Shown: in pieces, positions 8,199-16,381 of the stretch
Numbering within the stretch: the first letter of the stretch is position 1
How the letters are laid out: every line of letters starts with the position of its first letter
From: Actinomycetota bacterium
Lineage (GTDB): Bacteria > Actinomycetota > AC-67
Assembly (NCBI GenBank): GCA_044866075.1
Contig: JBIOTQ010000001.1
Coordinates: 1-58,139, forward strand
Length of the DNA stretch: 58,139 nt
Direction of reading: 5' to 3'
Notes under the pieces: generated by a model
Told to the model about the DNA's origin: nothing
The model's input: the letters and a program-made list of their open reading frames with translations, nothing else
Database searches by the model: none
Translations under genes and position numbers: made by a program

Positions 8199-11100
8199 AT
8201 GGCCCGCGACGCAGCCCCCCTACCGACGGGAACGGTGACGTTCCTGTTCAGCGACATCGAGGGAAGCACGCGGCTGGTACAGAGCCTCGGTGATCGGTTC
8301 ACCGAAATCCTCGAAACTCAACAGAGATTGCTGCGTGAGGCCTTCTCGGCGCACACCGGTATCGAGCTCGGAACCGAGGGCGACTCGTTCTTCGTCGTCT
8401 TCGCCGACGCGACCGACGCCGCCGCCGCCGCGATCACGGCGCAGCGCGCGGTGGCCGCACACGACTGGCCCGACGACGCGACGGTACGGGTGCGAATGGG
8501 CCTGCATACGGGTGAAGGCAAACTCGGCGGAGCGAACTACGTCGGCCTGGATGTCCATCGCGCCGCGCGGATCGCGGGGGCCGCCCACGGCGCGCAAGTG
8601 CTGATCTCGGAGAGCACCGCGGCGCTGGTCAAAGACGCACTCGCGGACGAAGCGGGCCTGAGGAATCTCGGCGAGCACCGCCTCAAAGACCTCCTGAATC
8701 CGGAACGGATCTACCAGATCGTCCATCCGGCGTTGGAGAGCGAGTTCCCGCCGCTCGCGACGCTCACCCACCGTCCAAATAACTTGCCGACGCAGACGTC
8801 GGAGTTCCTCGGACGCGCAACCGAGGTCGCCGCCGTCGGCGACCTGCTCGGCGGCGGCGCGCGCCTCGTGACGCTCACCGGGCCGGGCGGCATCGGGAAG
8901 ACGAGGCTCGCGCTGCAGGTCGCCGCGGCCCGGACCGAAGAGTTCACGGATGGGCTCTTCTTCGTGGACCTGTCGCCCGTCCGCGAAGCCGACAAGGCGT
9001 TCGAGGCGGCCGTACGCGCGATCGGACTGCCCGAGTCCGCAGAGCAACGTCCGCTCGACGTGCTGAAGGAGCAGCTCGCCGCGAAGCACATGCTCCTCGT
9101 CCTCGACAACTTGGAACAGGTGATGGACGCGGCGGACGGTGTGGCGGAACTCCTCCAGCGGTGTTCTCGCCTGCGGGTGCTCGCGACGAGTCGCGAGGCG
9201 CTCCGCGTGCGAGGCGAACACATCTTTCCGATACCCCCGCTCTCGCTGCCCGAGGCCGCCGGGTCGATCTCCGCCGCGGCGGCTTCCGCCTCCGAGGCTG
9301 TGAACCTCTTCGTCGAGCGCGCCGCGGAGGTACGCGGCGGATTCATGCTGACCGACGAGAACGCGCCGGCGATCGTCGAAATCTGTGCACGACTCGACGG
9401 GCTGCCGCTCGCCATCGAGCTCGCCGCGGCGCGGCTCACGCTCTTCTCGCCGCAGGATCTGCTGCAACGACTGAGAGGGAGCGTCCAGGTCGTCGGAGGA
9501 GGCGCACGGGACCTGCCGGCGCGCCAGCAAACGCTCCGCGACACGATCCGGTGGAGTTACGAACTGCTCGATGTCGATGAACGCACCGTCTTCCGCGTTC
9601 TCTCCGTCTTCCCGTCCGCGCCACTTCCGGCAGTCGAGGAGGTGAGCACGCGGATCGCCCCCCTTCGAAACGTTTCCGTGATCGACCGCGTCGCGTCACT
9701 CGTCGACAAGAGCCTCGTACGGAGCGTAAACGGTAGCGGCCCGCAGCGGCTGTCGATGCTGACGACGATCCACGAGTACGCCTCGGAACGGCTCGCAGAA
9801 GAGCCGTCGCTCGCGTCGGCGGCGCGGCGAGCACACGCCGAGTATTTCTCGGAGTTCGCGCGCTCGAGACGGGCCGCGCTGGAGGATGCAACGCGCGACG
9901 AGGCGCTCGGCGAACTCGAGACGGAGGTCGGCAATCTCCTGACCGCGTGGCGGTTTTGGGTGGAAGCCGGCGACCTCGCCCGGCTCGAGGAGCTCCTCGA
10001 GAGCCTGTGGCTCCTTCACGAGGCGCGCGGCTGGTACGCGTCGGCCGTCGAGCTGGCCCAGGATCTCCTCCGCGTGCTGTCGGCGGTTCCGTCCTCGCCG
10101 GATCGCGTCCAGCAGAAGATCACGCTCGCGACGTCTCTCGCCCGCGGTCTTCTCGCGCTGCGCGGCCTTACCAAAGAGGTCGAAGAAGCGTACGCTCGCG
10201 TGCGGTTGCAGTTGGAGGAAGCCGGCGGCCTCCCGCAGCTTTACCCCGCGCTACGAAACATATGGAACTTGCACCTCTATCAAGGCGACTTCGAGCACGG
10301 GCTAGCTATCGGCCGGCAGCTCCTAGAGCTCGCCGAGCAGTCGAACGACGTGGACCTGGTTCTCGACGCGAACGTGGTTCTCGGGGCAAACCTCGGTTCG
10401 ATGGGCGAGATCGCGGGGGCTTCCGAGCATCTCGAACGCGCGATCACGCTGTTCGATCCGCGCCGGCCTCGTACCGCGCTGTTCCGTCTGGGACCGCATC
10501 CCGGAGTCGTCGCGCATACGACGTCCGCGTTCGTTCTCTGGTTGATGGGGGAGCCCGACGCCTCGTTCGATCACTCGCGGCGAGGGTTGGAGGCGTCCGT
10601 GCAGTTGAATCATCCGTATACGCGCGCGTACGCGCTGTTCCACTCCGCCTTCCTCGATACCTGGAGGAGCGATTTCTCCTCGGCGCTCGACCGCGCAGGC
10701 GAGGCGCTCCGCGTATCGGAAGAGCACGGCTACCCGGTCTGGCAGGCGGTGTCGCTCGTGGTTCAGGGGACGGCGCTCAGCGCGCTCGGAAAGACGAGCG
10801 AGGGCTTGTCGATGAGCGATCGCGGTCTCGCGCTGTATCAGGAGCTATCGACGCCGCCGGTATTCTGGCCGTTCATCCTTTCACTCCGAGCGCGAGGGTT
10901 CCTGCACGCAAACCGGGCCGAAGACGCGATCGAAATCGCCGACGCGGCGGCGGCCATGCTCGAGGGCCGATACGCGATCGTCCTCAGCGATGTACCGGTC
11001 CTGAAGGGCGACGTCCTTTTCGCGTTATCGAGGTTCGACGAGGCCGAGTCGTGGTTCGAGCGCGGAATCGAGGTGGGGCGCGAGAAAGGCGCGCGCACCA

Positions 11101-11258
11101 CGGAGCTTCGGGCCGCGACGCGGCTCGTTCGTTCACGGCACCGAACCGGACGCGAGCCGGACTGGAGCGACATACTCCGGTCCGTCCTTGCGACGTTCGC
11201 GGGCAAGATGGAAACGGCGGACGTCGCGGACGCACGCGCGGTTCTCGAAGGACGCTGA
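8199..11258 (+). CDS. Class III nucleotide cyclase-STAND (NB-ARC-like) ATPase-TPR protein
   Basis: FSDIEGST and EGDSFF cyclase motifs; Walker A GPGGIGKT; Walker B LLVLDN; GLPLAIELAA; helical repeats. Confidence 0.9.
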   Translation: MARDAAPLPTGTVTFLFSDIEGSTRLVQSLGDRFTEILETQQRLLREAFSAHTGIELGTEGDSFFVVFADATDAAAAAITAQRAVAAHDWPDDATVRVRMGLHTGEGKLGGANYVGLDVHRAARIAGAAHGAQVLISESTAALVKDALADEAGLRNLGEHRLKDLLNPERIYQIVHPALESEFPPLATLTHRPNNLPTQTSEFLGRATEVAAVGDLLGGGARLVTLTGPGGIGKTRLALQVAAARTEEFTDGLFFVDLSPVREADKAFEAAVRAIGLPESAEQRPLDVLKEQLAAKHMLLVLDNLEQVMDAADGVAELLQRCSRLRVLATSREALRVRGEHIFPIPPLSLPEAAGSISAAAASASEAVNLFVERAAEVRGGFMLTDENAPAIVEICARLDGLPLAIELAAARLTLFSPQDLLQRLRGSVQVVGGGARDLPARQQTLRDTIRWSYELLDVDERTVFRVLSVFPSAPLPAVEEVSTRIAPLRNVSVIDRVASLVDKSLVRSVNGSGPQRLSMLTTIHEYASERLAEEPSLASAARRAHAEYFSEFARSRRAALEDATRDEALGELETEVGNLLTAWRFWVEAGDLARLEELLESLWLLHEARGWYASAVELAQDLLRVLSAVPSSPDRVQQKITLATSLARGLLALRGLTKEVEEAYARVRLQLEEAGGLPQLYPALRNIWNLHLYQGDFEHGLAIGRQLLELAEQSNDVDLVLDANVVLGANLGSMGEIAGASEHLERAITLFDPRRPRTALFRLGPHPGVVAHTTSAFVLWLMGEPDASFDHSRRGLEASVQLNHPYTRAYALFHSAFLDTWRSDFSSALDRAGEALRVSEEHGYPVWQAVSLVVQGTALSALGKTSEGLSMSDRGLALYQELSTPPVFWPFILSLRARGFLHANRAEDAIEIADAAAAMLEGRYAIVLSDVPVLKGDVLFALSRFDEAESWFERGIEVGREKGARTTELRAATRLVRSRHRTGREPDWSDILRSVLATFAGKMETADVADARAVLEGR

Positions 11259-11273
11259 GAAGGCGGCTCGTTC

Positions 11274-11317
11274 GCGCGCCCGGAGGGATTCGAATCCCCG
11301 CCCTTCTGATCCGTAGT
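11274..11317 (-). repeat. tRNA-Arg(ACG) 3'-half duplicate (distal attR-like site)
   Basis: 41 of 44 positions identical to 18330-18373. Confidence 0.9.
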
Positions 11318-11384
11318 TATCACACCGCCAGCGGTGTGCTACGAGCTGAAACGCCAGGTCACTCGCGAGCGCTGTGCGTATCCG

Positions 11385-13862
11385 TTATCCGCTGGGTCCG
11401 ATGGCCATCTGGAGCGCTTCGAGACCGAGCGAGATTGCCGCGTCGATCGTGAGGGTCCGTCCTCGTTCCTGTGCTTCGGCGAATGCCGAATCGTCGAGTT
11501 GCTGTTTGATGATGGCAAGGGTCTGGCCGTTTTTCTTAGCGAGCCACGGCTCCTCGCGTCCGTAGATCTCTTCAAAGATGGCGGCCCAGCAGGACAGGAG
11601 GCAGGCCGCCGTCGCTGCTTGCTCGAACCGCACGAGCGCGCCGGCGATTCGGCACAGGATGATGGCATCCCAGTAACGGTCGGCGGTGTCCTGTCGCCCC
11701 CGATGGATGGCGTGGGCCTCCCTCAACAGCGGAATGGCCCGCTCGGCCCTGCCGTCGGTGATCTCATACTCCGCGAGCCACGCAAGCGTCTGCGCTTCAG
11801 TGTGTTTGTCCCCAACCTCACGAGCCTCATTAAGGTTCTCCTCGCGCAGCGCACGAGCTCGCTGGAAGTTCCCCAGTTCTTCGTACGTCCAAGCGAGTCT
11901 TCGAGCCGCGGCCAGCGCCCAATATCGGTCTCCGATCTTGGTGAAGAGTTCGGCACTCTTGCCGAATCGGCTCCGAGCTTCCAGCCATTGGTCCCGCTCG
12001 GCGAACGGAAAGCCGAGCCCCATCAGACAATAGGCCTCGCCCCAGAGATCGCCGAGCTGCCGGCAGAGCACGAGCGCTTCCTCGAGCCAAACGCCACTCT
12101 GCTCTGGATCACCGAGGTCGCCGATCATGTCGGCGGCACCGATCAAAGCATGAGCACGTGCCGGAGTCGGTCGCAGATCCCGTTGCAGCGCGCCTTCCAG
12201 GCGACGCACTCCTTCGCGGAGAGAACCTCTCGAGGCCCACACCCACCAGACTGCCGCCATCAGCTTCAACGCGGATTCGCCGTCGCCGGATGACTCGAGA
12301 TGTTCCAGAGTCGCACGGATGTTGTCGAGCTCGGGTTCCATCCGGTCGAGCCACTCCGCGGACTCCCGTCGCAGGTGTGGTGCGGCTTCCCCCGACAGCG
12401 CCAAGAAGAAATTCGCGTGACGGCGATGCAGTTCCTCGGATTCGTTGGATTCAAGCAGCCGTTCGATGGCGTATTCGCGGATCGTCTCGAGCATCCAGAA
12501 GCGTTCGTCGCTGTGCCGGACGAGGCTCTTGTCGACCAGCGACTGGAGCACATCGAGATTTCCGTCGGCGACGTCCTGCGCGGCGTCGAGAGTACATCCG
12601 CCCGCGAAGACCGCCAGTCGAGCAAACAGGCGTTGCTCATCGGTCGCAAGCAGCTCATGACTCCACTCGATGGCTGCCCGCAACGTTGCCTGTCGCGGAT
12701 CGGCGTCGCGCCCTCCCTTGAACAGATCGAGCCGACTGGAGAGTCTGTCGAGGATCTGGGTCGGAGAAAGGACGCTCGTACGTGCCGCGGCGAGCTCGAC
12801 CGCCAGCGGCAGGTGGTCGAGCCGCCGACAGAGCTCGGCGATCGTATCGTCCACAGGCAGACCGGATCGCGTATTGAACAGCTCGACCGCTTCTCGCTTA
12901 TCGAGCGGCGGGACGGCAAACTCGACCTCACCCCGCACGCGCAGCAGCTCGCGGCTTGTCACCAGGAGGCGCAGGTTGCGACAGGCCTCGAGCAGGGGCG
13001 GGAGCTCGGGCGCGGCGTCGACGACCTGCTCGAAGTTATCGAGAAGCAGCAACATCTCCCGCTGCGCGATGTATTCGGCGAGCCCTTCCGTCGCGCCCAG
13101 CGTCTTCACGATGGCGTCTGACACGAGAGCCGGATCCCTCAGCGTCGCCAGCCCGACCCAGAAGACGCCGTTGCGATGATCGGGGACCAGTTCCGCTGCG
13201 GCCTCGATGGCAAGTCGCGTCTTCCCTGAACCTCCTGGTCCTGTCAGCGTGAGTAGCCTGGCGCCGTTTTGGAGGAGTGCAACCACGCGATCGACCTCAT
13301 GAGACCGGCCGACGAACGAGCTAGCGGGTCGCGGAAGGTTCGTGTTCGAGATCGTTTTCAGCGGCGGGAAGCGTTCCCTGCCGAGCTGGAAGATCCAAAC
13401 CGGCTCGGCAAAGTCCTTCAAACGATGCTCTCCGAGGTCTAGCGCGTCGACCTCGACGAGGTCACGGGTTTCCCTTGAGAGCAGCACCTGACCGCCGTGT
13501 CCGGCCGCGCCGATGCGGGCGCCCTTGTGCACGTCTTCACCGACGTAGCCCTCCTCCGTCACCTCCGGCGTGCCCGTATGGATGCCCATACGCACGCGGA
13601 TCGGCCCCGCACTCAACGCTCGCTGCCCGTCGTTGCAGGCCTCGACGGCCGATCCTGCGGAACCAAAGGCGTAGAAGAACGCGTCGCCTTGGGTATCCAC
13701 CTCGACGCCGCCCAGGCGTGCAAATGCGTCCCTCAGAGCGCGACGATGGACGGACAACTCCTTCGCGTATCCAGCGGCGCCCAGTTCATGCAACAGCCTC
13801 GTCGAACCTTCGATGTCCGTGAACACGAAGGTGACGACCCCGGACGGGAGTTCACGCCCCAC
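11385..13862 (-). CDS. Class III nucleotide cyclase-STAND ATPase-TPR protein
   Basis: FTDIEGST, QGDAFF, GPGGSGKT, LLLLDNFE, LPLAVELAAAR; paralogous to 8199-11258. Confidence 0.9.
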   Translation of the reverse strand: MGRELPSGVVTFVFTDIEGSTRLLHELGAAGYAKELSVHRRALRDAFARLGGVEVDTQGDAFFYAFGSAGSAVEACNDGQRALSAGPIRVRMGIHTGTPEVTEEGYVGEDVHKGARIGAAGHGGQVLLSRETRDLVEVDALDLGEHRLKDFAEPVWIFQLGRERFPPLKTISNTNLPRPASSFVGRSHEVDRVVALLQNGARLLTLTGPGGSGKTRLAIEAAAELVPDHRNGVFWVGLATLRDPALVSDAIVKTLGATEGLAEYIAQREMLLLLDNFEQVVDAAPELPPLLEACRNLRLLVTSRELLRVRGEVEFAVPPLDKREAVELFNTRSGLPVDDTIAELCRRLDHLPLAVELAAARTSVLSPTQILDRLSSRLDLFKGGRDADPRQATLRAAIEWSHELLATDEQRLFARLAVFAGGCTLDAAQDVADGNLDVLQSLVDKSLVRHSDERFWMLETIREYAIERLLESNESEELHRRHANFFLALSGEAAPHLRRESAEWLDRMEPELDNIRATLEHLESSGDGESALKLMAAVWWVWASRGSLREGVRRLEGALQRDLRPTPARAHALIGAADMIGDLGDPEQSGVWLEEALVLCRQLGDLWGEAYCLMGLGFPFAERDQWLEARSRFGKSAELFTKIGDRYWALAAARRLAWTYEELGNFQRARALREENLNEAREVGDKHTEAQTLAWLAEYEITDGRAERAIPLLREAHAIHRGRQDTADRYWDAIILCRIAGALVRFEQAATAACLLSCWAAIFEEIYGREEPWLAKKNGQTLAIIKQQLDDSAFAEAQERGRTLTIDAAISLGLEALQMAIGPSG

Positions 13863-13973
13863 GAGATCTCATTGTGGGATGGCCTCGCTCACGCCGCAAC
13901 GGTGCGAGCGAGCGGCGTGCAAACGGTTCACGGGCCTCGGCCGAAGCAACGTCGCAGCTGGTGCGCCCGGCGG

Positions 13974-15009
13974 TGTGTGAGGACAGCGGATAGTGGACGG
14001 CGGGCTTCTCTGAAACTGACGGACATCGTTGACAACGGGGGTCCCTGAGATATGAGGGGACCTCATGACCGAAAAAGAGCTGAACCGAGGCGCTGAGCGA
14101 CGGCTGGCGATCCTCCGCCACGCCGAAGAGGTCAGCGGCAACGTGGCGGCAACCTGCCGCTACTACGGCATCACCCGCCAGTGCTTCTACATCTGGCGGC
14201 GACGCTACGAGGAAAAGGGCCTAGCAGGGCTGCGAGAGAAGTCCCGAGCTCCTCACCGAAGCCCCAACGCGACCAGCGGCGAGGTCGTGGGCAAGATCAT
14301 CTACCTGCGGCAGAACTACCACTTCGGTCCCCACAAGATCACGATGTATCTCAAGCGCTACCACGACATCACCATCAGCCCCTCCGGTGTCTGGCGGATC
14401 CTCAACAAGCTCGGCATGAGCCGCCTGCCTTCCTCGCAGCGCTACAAGCGGCACAGCCAGCGCTGGAAGCGCTACGAGAAGCAGCAGCCAGGCCATCGGG
14501 TCCAGATCGACGTGAAGTTCCTCGAGCCGCTCAAGGGTTCCCGGCGCCGGCACTACAGGTTCACCGCCATCGACGACTGCACACGGCTTCGCGTGCTGAG
14601 GATCTACGAGCGCTGCAACCAGAAGACTGCGATCCAGTTCGTCGACTACGTGCTGGAGAAGCTCCCCTTCGGCGTCGACGTGATCCAGACCGACAACGGC
14701 GCCGAATTCGCCCAACAGTTCCACTGGCACGTCCTCGACCGGGGCATCCAGCACGTCCACATCAAGCCATCAACCCCTCGGCTTAACGGCAAAGTCGAAC
14801 GCTCACACCGAATCGACGCTGACGAGTTCTATCGGATGCTCGACGGCGTTGTCATCGACGACACCAAGCTCTTCAACGACAAGCTCCAAGAGTGGGAGAA
14901 CTTCTACAACTACCACCGGCCCCACGGCTCCTTGGGCGGCCAGACGCCATATGAGAGACTGCGGCAGAAGACCCAGACCCCTGTGTCAGCGGTCTAAGTC
15001 AGTTGCACA
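13974..15009 (+). mobile_element. IS481-family insertion sequence (1036 bp)
   Basis: TGTG...CACA ends; flanked by tggtgcgcccggcgg and tcgtgcgcccggagg (13/15); internal left-end segment tctgaaactgac..tgacaacgggg mirrors the right end. Confidence 0.82.
14065..14997 (+). CDS. IS481-family DDE transposase
   Basis: N-terminal HTH; VQIDVK, TAIDDCTR, QTDNGAEF, NGKVERSHR and YNYHRPHGSL. Confidence 0.93.
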   Translation: MTEKELNRGAERRLAILRHAEEVSGNVAATCRYYGITRQCFYIWRRRYEEKGLAGLREKSRAPHRSPNATSGEVVGKIIYLRQNYHFGPHKITMYLKRYHDITISPSGVWRILNKLGMSRLPSSQRYKRHSQRWKRYEKQQPGHRVQIDVKFLEPLKGSRRRHYRFTAIDDCTRLRVLRIYERCNQKTAIQFVDYVLEKLPFGVDVIQTDNGAEFAQQFHWHVLDRGIQHVHIKPSTPRLNGKVERSHRIDADEFYRMLDGVVIDDTKLFNDKLQEWENFYNYHRPHGSLGGQTPYERLRQKTQTPVSAV

Positions 15010-15011
15010 TC

Positions 15012-15055
15012 GTGCGCCCGGAGGGATTCGAACCCCCGACCTTCTGATCCGTAGT
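15012..15055 (-). repeat. tRNA-Arg(ACG) 3'-half duplicate (proximal attR-like site)
   Basis: 44 of 44 positions identical to 18330-18373. Confidence 0.95.
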
Positions 15056-15063
15056 TATCGATG

Positions 15064-15125
15064 CGTCAACGCAGTGCGGATCTATGGTCGCCCTGGATCC
15101 GGTCCGGCCTCGTCAACGCAGTGCG
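15064..15125. repeat. 15-bp direct repeat next to the att-like site
   Basis: cgtcaacgcagtgcg at 15064-15078 and 15111-15125. Confidence 0.8.
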
Positions 15126-15186
15126 TCGGAATCAGGAGCTGTGGCAGCGAACATCGCTCGTCGCTGCCGTAGTCATCGGCTCCTTG

Positions 15187-16122
15187 TCAGCCGCTCTCGG
15201 CGAACTCGACTCCCCTCGGGAGCGCCTTCGAACGGGATGCTTCCGAGAGATGCTTCATCAGCATCGAGCGGAAGACGCGCGCGCTGGCCGGCGGGTCGAC
15301 GTCGCGTCGATGGGCGAGCCCGACGATGCGCGACAGCCCGGCGCCCGCGAAGGCGACACTGCGAAGATGCGGCCGTCCTTCGAGAACCATGCTGGGGACA
15401 ACCGCGATACCGAGCCCGGCTTCGACGAACCGGAGCACCGCGTCCATCTCACCCCCTTCGACGACGTAGCGCAGGTCGATCCGCGCGCGCCGGCACGCCG
15501 TGAGGGTCGCGTCGCGGAGATCGTAGCCCTCGCGGAACATGACCAGCGGGTAGCGTTGGAGGTCGCGTAGCCGCATCGACTTTCCGCGGACGATCGACCC
15601 ATCGGCGGGCGCCGCAACCACGAGAGGCTCCTTGAGGATCTGCGACGTGGAGAGAGCCGGATCACGTCTATGCAACGGCAGGATGATGAGCGCCAGATCC
15701 AGCTCGCCTTGCGCAAGCAACCTGACGAGGTCTCGACTGCCGTTCTCCTCGACGATGAGCTCGATCCCGGGATAAGCGTGGTGGAAGCGGGCGAGGGCCT
15801 CCGGCAAGACGACGGTCGACAAGCTGGGCGTCGCGCCGAGGCGCAAGCGGCCGCGGGCGAGCCCGACGAGCTCTTGCACTTGCACCCGCGCGCTGTCTGC
15901 ATCAGCGAGTATGCGCCTGGCTAGCGGAAGAAGTGTTTCGCCGGCCGCCGTGAGCGTTATGTTGCCGCGAGCGCGGTTGAAGAGCGCCGTGCCGAGCTCG
16001 CGCTCGAGCTCGTGTATCTGCTTACTGAGGGCAGGCTGCGAGACGTGGACCTCCTGGGCCGCCCGCGTGAAGTGAAGGTTCCGAGCCACGGAGACGAAGT
16101 ACACGAGCTGCTGTAATTGCAT
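15187..16122 (-). CDS. LysR-family transcriptional regulator (alternative start 16128)
   Basis: MQLQQLVYFVSVA...HFTRAAQEVHVSQPALSKQI..LE HTH; substrate-binding domain. Confidence 0.95.
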   Translation of the reverse strand: MQLQQLVYFVSVARNLHFTRAAQEVHVSQPALSKQIHELERELGTALFNRARGNITLTAAGETLLPLARRILADADSARVQVQELVGLARGRLRLGATPSLSTVVLPEALARFHHAYPGIELIVEENGSRDLVRLLAQGELDLALIILPLHRRDPALSTSQILKEPLVVAAPADGSIVRGKSMRLRDLQRYPLVMFREGYDLRDATLTACRRARIDLRYVVEGGEMDAVLRFVEAGLGIAVVPSMVLEGRPHLRSVAFAGAGLSRIVGLAHRRDVDPPASARVFRSMLMKHLSEASRSKALPRGVEFAESG

Positions 16123-16126
16123 GTCC

Positions 16127-16192
16127 ATAGCCTAGCGCTATCGAAATGACCTTTACAATGTCTTGGACGACTTAGGTAATCGGGCCTATGGT
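16127..16192. promoter_or_regulatory. LysR T-N11-A box and divergent promoter
   Basis: Palindrome ATAGC-ctagc-GCTAT at 16127-16141; TGGACG (16164) and TATGGT (16187) as -35/-10. Confidence 0.55.
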
Positions 16193-16198
16193 CGGAGT

Positions 16199-16381
16199 AT
16201 GAGCGTCGTTCGACTTCCCCTCGAGGGTCGCAGCCGGCTCCTTCACCCACGAGCGATTGAAGCGCTCCTGCTCATGGCCCGGCATGATTCGGCGGTCGAA
16301 ACTCTGACGCGCAAGCGCCGCGCACGTACCCGGACGTCCGACCAAGCGACGCCTCGAAGAAGTCCGCGAGCAATGAGATGA
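16199..16381 (+). CDS. Small basic hypothetical protein translationally coupled to the flavoprotein
   Basis: ATG 6 nt after TATGGT (leaderless geometry); its TGA overlaps ATG 16378. Confidence 0.4.
   Translation: MSVVRLPLEGRSRLLHPRAIEALLLMARHDSAVETLTRKRRARTRTSDQATPRRSPRAMR

Larger units (their letters stand above)
11318..15011. mobile_element. Integrase-less islet 2 (cyclase-STAND gene + IS481) bounded by tRNA-Arg fragments
   Basis: Flanked by the direct repeats 11274-11317 and 15012-15055. Confidence 0.7.

Noticed and set aside
11274-15055. tRNA fragments as functional tRNAs or CRISPR repeats
   Set aside because: They lack the 5' half and D arm, are kilobases apart, and no cas genes are present
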